Source: Mycoplasma mycoides subsp. capri (lineage in GTDB: Bacteria; Bacillota_I; Bacilli_A; Mycoplasmatales; Mycoplasmataceae). Taken from it: a stretch of DNA of 32,000 nucleotides. The stretch covers positions 270,001-302,000 of the forward strand of contig NZ_CP065581.1 in the NCBI RefSeq assembly GCF_018389705.1, read 5' to 3'. A program made the translations under genes and the position numbers. Under the pieces are notes generated by a model, which was given only the letters and a program-made list of their open reading frames with translations, was not told where the DNA came from and ran no database searches. Below, one piece after another: positions 1 to 10,190 of this stretch; the stretch's first letter is position 1, and every line of letters begins with the position of its first letter.

Positions 1-1
1 T

Positions 2-649
2 ATTAGTAGGTTTGGTGATTATAAAAATTATTATTATCAATCAGCAACTAGTTTAGCTAGTGTAGTTTTACTATTAAAAGGCACGCCTTATTTATATCAA
101 GGTGAAGAGTTTGGAATGTTAAACAATAATTATTCAAATATTAATCAATTAAAAGATGTTGAATCAATTAACTATTATAGAATCTTAAAAAATAAAGGTT
201 TAAAAAAAGAAGAAATTTTAAATATTATTAGTAATAGATCAAGAGATAATGCAAGAACTGTTATGCAATGAGATGATAGTTTATATGCTGGATTTTCTTC
301 TCATAAACCTTGAATAGATGTAAATAATAATTATTTAGATATTAACTTTAAAAAAGATTATTCAAAGTCTCAATCAATTTTTAAAGCTTATCAAAAGCTA
401 ATTAGATTACGTAAAAAACATTTAGCTTTTAGTTATGGAGATATTAAATTTATTAATATAAACCCTAATGTTTTAAGTTTTTATAGAATTTATTTAAATG
501 AAAAATACTTAGTAATTATTAACTTGTCTGATCTAAATATTAATTCTAATAAATTAAAACCATTTTTAAATTTAAAAGTTATTTTTAATAATTATAAAAG
601 CTTTAAACAAATTAAACCTTATCAAGTAGTAGTTTTAAAGTGTAATTAG
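2..649 (+). CDS. GH13-family alpha-glucosidase (oligo-1,6-glucosidase / trehalose-6-phosphate hydrolase-like), 5'-truncated by window edge
   Basis: Open frame from base 2 to TAG 647-649 with TGA=Trp; contains GTPYLYQGEEFGM, SRDNARTVMQWDDS..AGFS and FKAYQKLIRLRKKH, typical of the GH13 oligo-1,6-glucosidase C-terminal half. Confidence 0.88.
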
Positions 650-683
650 TTAAAACATATTTTAATATGTAAAATTTGTAAAA

Positions 684-712
684 TTCATATAAATTTTATT
701 AAATAGTATAAT
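684..712 (+). promoter_or_regulatory. Putative sigma70-type promoter of dhaK (TTCATA-N17-TATAAT)
   Basis: TATAAT at 707-712, TTCATA at 684-689, ~44 nt upstream of the ATG. Confidence 0.45.
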
Positions 713-755
713 TTAAGTAAGTCTAATAAACAAAACTCAAAAATGAAAGGTAGAT

Positions 756-1754
756 ATGAAAAAGTTAATAAATAGTCCTGAAACATTAGTTAATGAAATG
801 TTAGAAGGTTTAGTTAAAGCTTATCCAAATAAATTAAAAAGAGTTGAAGGTTTTGATGTAATTATTAGAAATGATGATATTAAAAAAGATAAAGTAGCTT
901 TAGTTAGTGGTGGAGGTTCTGGTCATGAACCAGCACATGCTGGTTATGTTGGATATGGAATGTTAGATGCAGCTGTTGCTGGAGCTGTATTTACTTCACC
1001 AACTCCAGATCAAGTTTATCAAGCAATTAAAAGTAGTAATGCTAATAAAGGAGTATTATTAATTATTAAAAACTATACTGGAGATATTTTAAATTTTGAA
1101 ATGGCTCAAGATATGGCAAGTATGGAAGGAATTGAAGTTGATAGTGTAGTTGTTAATGATGATGTAGCTGTTGAAGATAGTTTATATACTGCTGGAAGAA
1201 GAGGAGTAGCTGGTACTATTTTTGTTCATAAAATAGCTGGTGCTAAAGCTGAAATGGGAGCTAGTTTACAAGAAGTAAAAAATACAGCTTTAAAAGTTAT
1301 TAAAAACGTTAGAAATATGGGAATGGCAATTTCTCCATGTATTGTTCCAGCTGCTGGTAAATCTAATTTCTCATTAAATGAAGATGAAATGGAAATTGGA
1401 ATTGGAATTCATGGTGAACCTGGAGTTTATAGAGATAAATTAAAACCAGTAGATCAAATTGTAGATACTTTAACTGATAAAATTTTAAATGATATACAAA
1501 TTAATAAAGATGAACAAGTAGCAGTTATGATTAATGGAATGGGTGCTACTCCTGAAATGGAATTATTAGTAATTAATAATCATTTAAATGATATTCTAAC
1601 TAATAAAGGTATTAAGATTTATAAAACTTTTGTTGGTAACTTTATGACTTCAATTGAAATGGGTGGATTTTCAATTTCAATTCTAAAACTAGATAATGAA
1701 TTAAAAGAATTATTAGATCATAAAGCAGATACACCAGGTTTAAAAGTTTTTTAA
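756..1754 (+). CDS. dhaK: Dihydroxyacetone kinase subunit DhaK
   Basis: 332 aa; DhaK hallmarks VALVSGGGSGHEPAHAGYVGYGML, AVAGAVFTSPTPDQV, GIGIHGEPG and GMGATPEMELLV; AAAGG upstream. Confidence 0.93.
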   Translation: MKKLINSPETLVNEMLEGLVKAYPNKLKRVEGFDVIIRNDDIKKDKVALVSGGGSGHEPAHAGYVGYGMLDAAVAGAVFTSPTPDQVYQAIKSSNANKGVLLIIKNYTGDILNFEMAQDMASMEGIEVDSVVVNDDVAVEDSLYTAGRRGVAGTIFVHKIAGAKAEMGASLQEVKNTALKVIKNVRNMGMAISPCIVPAAGKSNFSLNEDEMEIGIGIHGEPGVYRDKLKPVDQIVDTLTDKILNDIQINKDEQVAVMINGMGATPEMELLVINNHLNDILTNKGIKIYKTFVGNFMTSIEMGGFSISILKLDNELKELLDHKADTPGLKVF

Positions 1755-1770
1755 TAAATAAATAATATTA

Positions 1771-1800
1771 AAATTACATCAATTTTGATGTAATTTTTTT
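1771..1800 (+). terminator. Intrinsic terminator after dhaK
   Basis: Perfect inverted repeat AAATTACATCAA/TTGATGTAATTT followed by a T run. Confidence 0.8.
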
Positions 1801-1880
1801 TGCTTTTTAACTACTTTAATACTTAAAAAAATAATAAAAATAACTATTAAAATTTATCAATAAATTAATTAAAAAAATAT

Positions 1881-1909
1881 TTGACACTATTCTAGTATTT
1901 CTTATTAAA
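1881..1909 (+). promoter_or_regulatory. Putative promoter of the S10-spc operon
   Basis: Exact TTGACA at 1881-1886 with AT-rich -10 candidate (TATTAA, 1903-1908), followed by a ~95-nt leader before rpsJ. Confidence 0.5.
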
Positions 1910-2005
1910 AAAGTATAGAATATTAATTGCATGTATATTTTGTGTGCTTTTTTACAACACACCCATAGGAGTTGTTGATTAAATTAGTAAATTTAGGAGG
2001 TTAGT

Positions 2006-2314
2006 ATGGCAGAAAGCAAAATGAGAATTAAATTAAAAGGCTACGATCACGCTATTGTTGATCAAAGCATTGTAAAGATCATTCAAGCTGCTGAAGGTAC
2101 TGGAGCTAAAGTTAGAGGACCAATCCCATTACCAACAGAAAAACAAGTTATTACTATTTTAAGAGCTGTTCACAAATACAAAGATTCACGTGAACAATTC
2201 GAAATGAGAACACATAAAAGATTATTAGAAATTTTAAATCCAACTGCTGCAACAATGGACATTTTAAAAAGAGTTCAATTGCCAAGTGGTGTTGATATTG
2301 AAATTAAATTATAA
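2006..2314 (+). CDS. rpsJ: 30S ribosomal protein S10
   Basis: 102 aa, [17 protein letters not shown]...GPIPLPT; strong SD AGGAGG. Confidence 0.98.
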   Translation: MAESKMRIKLKGYDHAIVDQSIVKIIQAAEGTGAKVRGPIPLPTEKQVITILRAVHKYKDSREQFEMRTHKRLLEILNPTAATMDILKRVQLPSGVDIEIKL

Positions 2315-2389
2315 TCTTCTATTTATTTAAAAATATACAAAATATCAAATTAGCAGAATATACGTGATTATCAATTAGGAGGAAATAAA

Positions 2390-3061
2390 ATGAAAGGAAT
2401 CTTAGGTCGTAAGGTAGAAATGACTCAAGTATTTACTAGTGCTGGTCAGTTAGTTCCAGTAACAGTAGTTGAAGTTCTACCAAACACAGTTTTACAAGTT
2501 AAAACTATTGACAGTGATGGATATGTTGCTGTGCAATTAGGTACTACAGATAAAAGAGTTAACTTAGTAAATAAACCTGAATTAGGACACTTTAAAAAAG
2601 CTAATTCAAATCCTAAGCGCTTCGTAAAAGAAATCAGAAACATGCAAGGATATGAACTTGGACAAGTTATTAATGTAAGTGATATCTTTGTTTCTGGTGA
2701 ATACGTTGATGTTACAGGAATTTCTAAAGGTAAAGGTTTTGCTGGAGGAATTAAAAGACATAATTATGCAAGAGGACCAATGGCTCATGGATCAGGATAT
2801 CACAGAGGAATTGGTTCAATGGGAGCAATCATTAACCGTATTTTTAAATCAAAAAAAATGCCAGGGCACATGGGTAATGCAAAAAGAACTATTCAAAATC
2901 TAGAAATTATTGCTATTGATCAAACAAACAACATTATGTTAATCAAAGGATCAATTCCTGGACCAAAAAATAGTTTTGTACAAATTAAACAAAATGTAAA
3001 AGGTATGAGTTCTAAACAAGCAGTTGAATTATTAAATAGAAATGCATCAGTTGAAGCATAG
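2390..3061 (+). CDS. rplC: 50S ribosomal protein L3
   Basis: [15 protein letters not shown]...[32 protein letters not shown]. Confidence 0.98.
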   Translation: MKGILGRKVEMTQVFTSAGQLVPVTVVEVLPNTVLQVKTIDSDGYVAVQLGTTDKRVNLVNKPELGHFKKANSNPKRFVKEIRNMQGYELGQVINVSDIFVSGEYVDVTGISKGKGFAGGIKRHNYARGPMAHGSGYHRGIGSMGAIINRIFKSKKMPGHMGNAKRTIQNLEIIAIDQTNNIMLIKGSIPGPKNSFVQIKQNVKGMSSKQAVELLNRNASVEA

Positions 3062-3073
3062 TTGAGGTAAGAG

Positions 3074-3700
3074 ATGAAATTACAAGTTTTAGACATTAAA
3101 GGTAATGAAGTTAAAGAAATTGCTTTAAATGATTATGTTTGAGGAATTGAACCTCACCAACAAGCTATTTATGATACTGTAATAAGTCAACAAGCTGCTT
3201 TAAGACAAGGAACTAAAAAAGTTAAAACCCGTGCTGAAGTATCTGGAGGAGGACGTAAGCCTTGAAAACAAAAAGGAACTGGACGTGCTCGTCAAGGATC
3301 AATTAGAGCTCCACAATGAAAAGGTGGGGGAGTTACATTTGGACCAACACCAGATATTAACTATAAAAAATCTGTTAATAAAAAAGTAAGAGCTTTAGCT
3401 TTTAGATCAGTTTTATCTCTAAAAGTTAAAGAAAACAATCTTGTAATCGTTGACAAATTTGAGTTTGCTAAACCATCAACAAAAGAAATGGTTGTAGTAA
3501 TGAAAAATTTAAAAATTGATGATCAAAAAACATTAATTGTTACTAAAGAAAAAGAAGAATTAGTAGTTAAATCTTCAAATAATATTACTGGAGTTAAAAC
3601 AATTTCTGCTAACCAACTAAATGTATTTGATTTATTAAATGCTACTAAATTACTAATTACAGAAGAAGCTGCTATTGCAGTTGAGGAGGTATACGCATAA
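3074..3700 (+). CDS. rplD: 50S ribosomal protein L4
   Basis: 208 aa with TGA=Trp; [36 protein letters not shown] motif (read as [10 protein letters not shown]...); absent as an intact ORF from the code-11 track because of TGA codons; overlaps the rplW start. Confidence 0.97.
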
Positions 3701-3984
3701 TGCATATCACTGAAGTATTAAAAAAACCAGTATTAACTGAAAAATCATTTGCTGGTCATAAAGATAATGTGTATACATTCCTAGTTGATAAAAAAGCTAA
3801 TAAAGTTCAAATTAAAAAAACTTTTGAAGAAATTTTTGAAGTAAAAGTTGAATCAGTTAGAACTATTAATTATGACGCTAAAGAAAAAAGATTAGGAAAA
3901 TATGTTGGTAAAAAACCATCATATAAAAAAGCAATCATTACATTAAAAGAAGGTCAAAAATTAGACGTGCTAAGCGACTTATAG
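3700..3984 (+). CDS. rplW: 50S ribosomal protein L23
   Basis: 94 aa, [12 protein letters not shown]...[26 protein letters not shown]. Confidence 0.97.
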   Translation: MHITEVLKKPVLTEKSFAGHKDNVYTFLVDKKANKVQIKKTFEEIFEVKVESVRTINYDAKEKRLGKYVGKKPSYKKAIITLKEGQKLDVLSDL

Positions 3985-4038
3985 AAAAATCGACCCGGAT
4001 AAATTATTATAAGCGCATCAAAATAGAAAGGGAAAAAC

Positions 4039-4887
4039 ATGGCAATTAAAAAGTATAAGTCAACAACTAATGGTCGTAGAAATATGACTACAATTGACTA
4101 TTCAGCTGTTTTAACAACAAAAAACAATCCTGAAAAGTCATTAGTTGTTTCTAAAAACTCTAAAGCCGGAAGAAATAATCGCGGTTTAATTACTACTCGC
4201 CATAAAGGTGGAGGACACAAACAAAAATACCGTATTATTGACTTTAAAAGAAATAAAAGAGATATCTTTGGAACAATTTCAACAATTGAATATGATCCAA
4301 ACAGAAATGCATTTATTTGTTTAATTAATTATGTAGATGGAGAAAAACGTTACATTTTATTTGCAAAAGGAATGCAAGTTGGAATGAAAGTGGTTGCTAG
4401 TGAAAATGCTGATATTAAAGTTGGAAATGCAGCACCATTAAAAAATATTCCTGAAGGAACTTTACTTCATAATGTAGAACTAAAACCTGGAAAAGGTGGA
4501 CAAATTGCAAGAAGTGCTGGTTCATCAGTTCAACTTTTAGGAAAAGATGATGATGGTAAATATGTAACTTTACGTTTATCATCTGGTGAAGTTAGAAAAG
4601 TTTTAGCTGAATGTTATGCAACAATCGGTGAAGTAGGAAACGAAGAATACAACTTAGTTAACTTAGGAAAAGCTGGACGTAATAGATGAAGAGGTATTCG
4701 TCCAACTGTTAGAGGATCTGTAATGAATCCAAATGATCACCCACATGGTGGAGGAGAAGGACGTGCTCCAATTGGACGTAAGTCTCCAGTTACTCCATGA
4801 GGTAAGAAAGCTTTAGGTGTAAAAACAAGAAACACTAAAAAAACCTCAGAAAAACTAATTGTAAGAAAACGTAGTAATAAAAAATAA
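4039..4887 (+). CDS. rplB: 50S ribosomal protein L2
   Basis: 282 aa, NPEKSLV...[23 protein letters not shown], then [40 protein letters not shown] with two TGA Trp codons. Confidence 0.98.
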
Positions 4888-4908
4888 GAAAGGAGAATAG
4901 AAGATAAT

Positions 4909-5175
4909 ATGGCAAGATCATTAAAAAAAGGACCTTTTGTTGATGAAAGTTTGTTTAAGAAAGTTACAGCAGCAAAAGATGGTGAAGTAATTAAAACTTG
5001 ATCACGTAGATCAACTATTTTCCCTGAATTCATCGGTAAAACATTTGGTGTTTATAATGGAAAAGAATTTATTCCAGTTTACATTACTGAAGATATGGTT
5101 GGAAATAAATTAGGTGAATTTGCTCCAACTCGTAAATTCGGTGGTCATGGTGATGACAAAGGTAAGAAAAAATAA
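4909..5175 (+). CDS. rpsS: 30S ribosomal protein S19
   Basis: 88 aa, [19 protein letters not shown]...[44 protein letters not shown]. Confidence 0.97.
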
Positions 5176-5198
5176 TTAGGAAGGATAAGAATTAAATA

Positions 5199-5534
5199 AT
5201 GGAAGCAAAAGCAAAATTAAGTATGATTCGTATCTCTCCTAGAAAAATGAGATTAGTTGCAGATACTATCAGAAATAAAGCTGTATCAGTTGCAGTTGCT
5301 ACTTTAAAAAATCTAAACAAAGATGCTGCTGAACCAATTTTAAAATTATTAAATTCAGCAGTTGCTAATGCTGTTAATAATAACGGTATGGAAGCAGATA
5401 AATTATATGTTAAAACAATTTTTGTTAATGAAGGACCAACTTTAAAACGTTTTAGACCTAGAGCTCACGGTAGAGCATATGAAATTTTTAAAAGAACTAG
5501 TCATGTTGTGATTGTAGTTAGTGATGAAAAATAA
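5199..5534 (+). CDS. rplV: 50S ribosomal protein L22
   Basis: 111 aa, [18 protein letters not shown]...[28 protein letters not shown]. Confidence 0.97.
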   Translation: MEAKAKLSMIRISPRKMRLVADTIRNKAVSVAVATLKNLNKDAAEPILKLLNSAVANAVNNNGMEADKLYVKTIFVNEGPTLKRFRPRAHGRAYEIFKRTSHVVIVVSDEK

Positions 5535-5551
5535 GAAAGGATAGTTAGGAA

Positions 5552-6253
5552 ATGGGACAAAAAGTATCACCAAACGTTTTACGTTTAGGAATCGTTAGAG
5601 ATTGAGAAAACAGATGATATGCTGAAAAAGATCAATATGTTAAATGATTAGATCAAGATATCAAAATCCGTACTGCTTTATTTAAATTATTAAAAGATGC
5701 AGCTGTTTCAAAAATTGATATTGAAAGAACTACAAAAGATCTAACTTTATTTATCAAAACTGCTCGTCCAGCTATCGTTTTAGGTCAAGAAGGTAAAAAC
5801 ATCGAAAAAATTGTTTTAGCTGTTAGAAAAACTGTTAAAAATAAAAAATTAATTGTTAATGTTAGAGTTATTGAAATTAAAAGTCCTGATGCAGATGCAA
5901 CTTTAGTTGCTAGATGAATTGGTGAACAAATTTCAAACCGTGCTTCATTTAGAACAGTTCAAAAATTAGCTATTAAAAAAGCTTTAAAAGCTGGAGCTAA
6001 AGGAATTAAAACTGCTGTAAGTGGAAGATTAGGTGGAGTTGAAATGGCTCGTACTGAAGGATATTTAGAAGGTTCAGTACCACTATCAACTTTAAGAAAT
6101 AATATTGATTATGCTTTATATGAAGCTCCAACAACATATGGTCAAATTGGAGTTAAAGTATGAATTAACCATGGTGAAGTATTTAAAAAAGAAAGAATGA
6201 ATAATTCACAAATAATGGCAAAACCAAGAACTAATAAAGGAGGAAAAAGATAA
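5552..6253 (+). CDS. rpsC: 30S ribosomal protein S3
   Basis: 233 aa with TGA=Trp; [36 protein letters not shown]..., [14 protein letters not shown]. Confidence 0.97.
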
Positions 6254-6255
6254 TT

Positions 6256-6669
6256 ATGTTACAACCAAAAAGAACAAAATATCGTAAACCTCATAGAGTT
6301 AGTTATGAAGGAAAAGCTAAAGGAGCTAAAGAAATTAACTTTGGTGAATTTGGTTTAATGGCTTTAGATGGTGCTTGAATTGATAATCACCAAATAGAAG
6401 CTGCACGTATTGCTATGACACGTTATATGAAACGTGATGGAAAAATTTGAATGAGAATTTTCCCACATATGGCAATGACTAAAAAACCTGCTGAAGTTCG
6501 TATGGGTTCAGGAAAAGGAAATCCTGAAAAATGAGTAGCAGTAGTTAAAAAAGGAACAATTATGTTTGAAGTTGCTCAAGTAAATGAGCAAGTAGCTAGA
6601 GAAGCTTTAAGACTAGCAATGCACAAATTACCAATTCGTTGCAAATTTGTTAAAAGAGGTGAAAATTAA
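6256..6669 (+). CDS. rplP: 50S ribosomal protein L16
   Basis: 137 aa; [72 protein letters not shown]. Confidence 0.97.
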
Positions 6670-7085
6670 TGGCTAAATCAAAAATGTTAGATTTAAGAAA
6701 TCTATCTGTTGATGAATTAATTAAAACAAATGAATCAAAAAGAGCTGAACTATTTGCTTTAAAATTCCAAGCAGCAGTTGGAAGTTTAGAACAAACTCAC
6801 CGTATTAAAGAAATTAAAAAAGAAATTGCAAGAATTGAATTAGCATTATCAGAAAAACGCTTAAGTGGAGAAAACACTAATAAAGTTATTAAAGCAGATT
6901 ACAACAAAGCAGTAGCAGAAGCAGAAAAAGCTGGAAAAGAAGTTAGAGCAAAACAAAGAAAATTCTTAGAAGAGCAATATGGTCAACAAAACCAAACTGA
7001 AGTAAATGAAGCTGATATTCAAAAAGCAATGCAAGCAGCTGAACAAGAAACTGTTGAACCTGATACTAAAGGAGAAACTAAATAA
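6669..7085 (+). CDS. rpmC: 50S ribosomal protein L29 with long C-terminal extension
   Basis: 138 aa; N-terminal [58 protein letters not shown] is L29-like; position between rplP and rpsQ. Confidence 0.93.
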   Translation: MAKSKMLDLRNLSVDELIKTNESKRAELFALKFQAAVGSLEQTHRIKEIKKEIARIELALSEKRLSGENTNKVIKADYNKAVAEAEKAGKEVRAKQRKFLEEQYGQQNQTEVNEADIQKAMQAAEQETVEPDTKGETK

Positions 7086-7342
7086 TGCAAAGAAATAGTA
7101 GAAGAGTACTAATTGGTAAAGTTGTATCAGATAAAATGGATAAAACTATTACTGTATTAGTTGAAACTTATAAAAACCACCCAATTTATAAAAAGAGAGT
7201 TAAATATTCTAAAAAATATAAAGCACATGATGAAAACCAAGTTGCTCAAATGGGTGATAAAGTTGAAATTATGGAAACACGTCCTTTATCAAAAACTAAA
7301 AACTTCAGACTAGTTAGAGTTATTGAAAAAGCAACTTTATAA
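7085..7342 (+). CDS. rpsQ: 30S ribosomal protein S17
   Basis: 85 aa, [44 protein letters not shown]. Confidence 0.97.
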   Translation: MQRNSRRVLIGKVVSDKMDKTITVLVETYKNHPIYKKRVKYSKKYKAHDENQVAQMGDKVEIMETRPLSKTKNFRLVRVIEKATL

Positions 7343-7357
7343 TAGGAGATAAAAAAT

Positions 7358-7726
7358 ATGATTCAAACATTATCTAAATTAAAAGTAGCAGATAACTCAG
7401 GTGCTAAAGAAGTTCGTGTTATTCGTAATCTAGGTGGTTCAGTTAGAAAGTTCTCAGGTATTGGCGATATTATCATTTGCTCAGTAATTTCTGCAACTCC
7501 AGGTGCTGTTATTAAAAAAGGTCAAGTTGTAAAAGCAGTAATTGTTAGAACTACTCGTGAATTAAGAAGAGAAGATGGAACTTATATTAAATTCTCAGAA
7601 AACGCAGCAGTATTAATTAAAGAAGATAAAACACCACGTGGAACTCGTATTTTTGGTCCAATTGCACGTGAAATTAAAGAAGCTGGATTTGCAAAAATTG
7701 CATCTTTAGCTCCAGAAGTATTATAG
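7358..7726 (+). CDS. rplN: 50S ribosomal protein L14
   Basis: 122 aa, [27 protein letters not shown]...[13 protein letters not shown]. Confidence 0.98.
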   Translation: MIQTLSKLKVADNSGAKEVRVIRNLGGSVRKFSGIGDIIICSVISATPGAVIKKGQVVKAVIVRTTRELRREDGTYIKFSENAAVLIKEDKTPRGTRIFGPIAREIKEAGFAKIASLAPEVL

Positions 7727-7739
7727 GAGGAACCAGTTT

Positions 7740-8066
7740 ATGGCAAAATCAAGAATCTTAAAAGGTGATGTAGTTAAAGTTATTGCTGGTTCACACAAAG
7801 GACAAATTGGACCAATCACTTCAATTACAAAAGACAAACAATGAGTTTCAGTTCAAGGTATAACAGTTAAAAAACATGTTAAACCAACTAATGAAGATAG
7901 TGAAGGTGGAATTAAAGATATTCCTGCAAAACTTCATATATCAAACGTTGCATTACAAGACCCAAAAAATAAAGATCAAGTTACAAAAGTTGGATTTGAA
8001 ATTATTGATGGTAAAAAAGTTCGTATAGCTAGAAAATCTAAAACTCAAATTAAAACAGCTAAATAA
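7740..8066 (+). CDS. rplX: 50S ribosomal protein L24
   Basis: 108 aa with one TGA=Trp; [29 protein letters not shown]..., [20 protein letters not shown]. Confidence 0.96.
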
Positions 8067-8084
8067 GAAAGGAAATAAATTAGT

Positions 8085-8627
8085 ATGAAATCAAGATTAG
8101 AAATTAAATACAAAAATCAAATTGTTCCTGAATTATTTAAAGAACTAAATTACAAATCAATAATGCAAGTTCCAAAAATCCAAAAAATCGTTATTAATAT
8201 GGGAATAGGAGATGCTACAACAGATCCTAAAAAATTAGATGCAGCTATATCTGAATTAGAAAAATTATCAGGACAAAAACCAATTGTTACAAAAGCTAAA
8301 AAATCATTAGCCGTATTTAAATTAAGAGAAGGTATGGCAATTGGTGCTAAAGTTACTTTAAGAGGTAAAAAAATGTATGACTTTTTAGATAAGTTAATTA
8401 ATGTTGCTTTACCAAGAGTACGTGACTTTAGAGGAGTTTCAAAAACTTCATTTGATGGATTTGGAAATTTTACAACTGGAATTAAAGAACAAATTATTTT
8501 CCCAGAAGTAGATTATGATAAAGTTATTAGATTACGTGGTATGGATATTACTATTGTAACTTCTGCTAAAACAAATAAAGAAGCATTTGCATTACTACAA
8601 AAAATAGGAATGCCATTTGAAAAGTAG
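8085..8627 (+). CDS. rplE: 50S ribosomal protein L5
   Basis: 180 aa, [17 protein letters not shown]...[32 protein letters not shown]...RDFRGVS. Confidence 0.98.
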   Translation: MKSRLEIKYKNQIVPELFKELNYKSIMQVPKIQKIVINMGIGDATTDPKKLDAAISELEKLSGQKPIVTKAKKSLAVFKLREGMAIGAKVTLRGKKMYDFLDKLINVALPRVRDFRGVSKTSFDGFGNFTTGIKEQIIFPEVDYDKVIRLRGMDITIVTSAKTNKEAFALLQKIGMPFEK

Positions 8628-8645
8628 AACAAGGGAGATATTATA

Positions 8646-8831
8646 ATGGCTAAAAAATCATTAAAAGTTAAACAAGCTAAACACCAAAAGTTTAATGTTA
8701 GAAATTACACACGTTGTAATCATTGTGGAAGACCTCATGCTGTGTTAAAGAAATTTGGAATATGCCGTTTATGTTTTAGAAAATTTGCTTATGAAGGACA
8801 AATTCCTGGTATTAAAAAAGCTTCATGATAG
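8646..8831 (+). CDS. rpsN: 30S ribosomal protein S14, zinc-binding type (rpsZ/rpsN)
   Basis: 61 aa; [22 protein letters not shown] zinc motif; ends KKASW with TGA=Trp directly before TAG. Confidence 0.96.
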
Positions 8832-8850
8832 AAAGAAAGGATTCAAAAGT

Positions 8851-9240
8851 ATGACAACAGATGTTATTGCAGATATGCTAACTAGAATTAGAAATGCTAA
8901 TCAAAGATACTTAAAAACTGTAAGTGTTCCATCTAGCAAAGTAAAACTAGAAATAGCAAGAATTTTAAAAGAAGAAGGATTCATTTCAAACTTTACTGTT
9001 GAAGGTGATGTTAAAAAAACTATTAATATCGAATTAAAATACCAAGGAAAAACTAGAGTAATTCAAGGATTGAAAAAAATTTCTAAACCAGGTTTAAGAG
9101 TTTATGCACAAGCTAATGAAATCCCACAAGTATTAAACGGATTAGGTATCTCAATTGTTTCAACATCACAAGGAATCATGACTGGTAAAAAAGCTCGACT
9201 AGCTAATGCTGGTGGAGAAGTTCTAGCATTCATTTGATAA
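8851..9240 (+). CDS. rpsH: 30S ribosomal protein S8
   Basis: 129 aa starting [18 protein letters not shown] after AGAAAGGA; ends [13 protein letters not shown] with TGA=Trp before TAA. The track's upstream ATG (8755) lies inside rpsN. Confidence 0.97.
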
Positions 9241-9253
9241 TAGGAGTTTAAAT

Positions 9254-9796
9254 ATGTCTCGTATAGGTAATAGATTATTACAAATTCCAAATGGTGTTGA
9301 AGTTAAAATAGCAGAAAACAATTTAATAACAATTACAGGATCTAAAGGAACTTTATCAAAACAATTTTCACCTTTAATTAAGATTGAAGTTGAAGAAAAC
9401 AAATTAATCACTAAAAGATTAAATGAACAAAAACATACAAAACAATTACACGGAACTACTAATTCATTACTACAAGGTATGTTAACTGGAGTTAGTGAAG
9501 GATTTAAAAAAGAATTACAAATTACTGGGGTTGGGTATAAAGCTGCAGTTAATGGTTCAAAATTAAATTTAAGCTTAGGTTATTCACACCCTGTTGAATT
9601 TGAAATTCCAAAAGGTGTAGAAATTCAAGCAGTTAAACCAACTGAATTAGTTATTACTGGAATTGATAAACAATTAGTTGGTCAAGTAGCAGCAAACATT
9701 AGAGCATATAGAAAACCTGAACCATACAAAGGTAAAGGAATTAAATACAAAAATGAAACTATTATTAGAAAAGAAGGGAAAGCAGCTGGTAAATAG
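9254..9796 (+). CDS. rplF: 50S ribosomal protein L6
   Basis: 180 aa, [17 protein letters not shown]...[21 protein letters not shown]. Confidence 0.98.
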   Translation: MSRIGNRLLQIPNGVEVKIAENNLITITGSKGTLSKQFSPLIKIEVEENKLITKRLNEQKHTKQLHGTTNSLLQGMLTGVSEGFKKELQITGVGYKAAVNGSKLNLSLGYSHPVEFEIPKGVEIQAVKPTELVITGIDKQLVGQVAANIRAYRKPEPYKGKGIKYKNETIIRKEGKAAGK

Positions 9797-9821
9797 TACC
9801 AGAGCTTAAGGATTACTAAAT

Positions 9822-10172
9822 ATGAAATTTACTAAAGCTGAAGCTAGAAAACGTAGACATTTCAGAGTAAGACAAAAAGTTGTTGGTACTGCTGAAAGAC
9901 CTAGATTAAATGTATTTAAATCAAATACTAATTTCTATGCTCAAATTATTGATGATACTAAAGGAGTTACATTAGTATCTGCTTCTACTTTAAAAATGGA
10001 TTTAAAAAGTAAATCAAATACTTTAGCTGCACAAAAAGTTGCTGAAGAAATTGCTAAAAAGGCTTTAGCAGCAAATATTACTCAAGTAGTATTTGACCGT
10101 AATGGGTATTTATACCATGGTAAAATCAAAGCTTTTGCAGAAACTGCAAGAGAAAATGGATTAAAATTTTAA
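9822..10172 (+). CDS. rplR: 50S ribosomal protein L18
   Basis: 116 aa, [40 protein letters not shown]. Confidence 0.97.
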   Translation: MKFTKAEARKRRHFRVRQKVVGTAERPRLNVFKSNTNFYAQIIDDTKGVTLVSASTLKMDLKSKSNTLAAQKVAEEIAKKALAANITQVVFDRNGYLYHGKIKAFAETARENGLKF

Positions 10173-10190
10173 GAAAGGGTAGAAGAGAGT

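Noticed and set aside
1931-1990. Possible 18-codon leader peptide (ATG TAT ATT TTG TGT GCT ...) upstream of rpsJ
   Set aside because: No Shine-Dalgarno sequence and no clear attenuation architecture; a chance ORF is likely, though the leader itself is listed as a finding.
2446-2788. Minus-strand ORFs (65 and 60 aa) across rplC
   Set aside because: Fully antisense to a confidently identified ribosomal protein, no recognisable motif; expected by chance from the low GC content.
2679-2903. + strand 74-aa ORF inside rplC
   Set aside because: Alternative frame of rplC with no SD or homology signal.
4737-5033. 98-aa minus-strand ORF with PHPPPCG tail
   Set aside because: Antisense of rplB/rpsS; the proline-rich end mirrors the Gly-rich HPHGGGEG motif of L2.
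8755-8850. Upstream start of the S8 ORF in the track
   Set aside because: The extra residues lie inside rpsN; ATG 8851 has an AGAAAGGA SD and begins the canonical [16 protein letters not shown].
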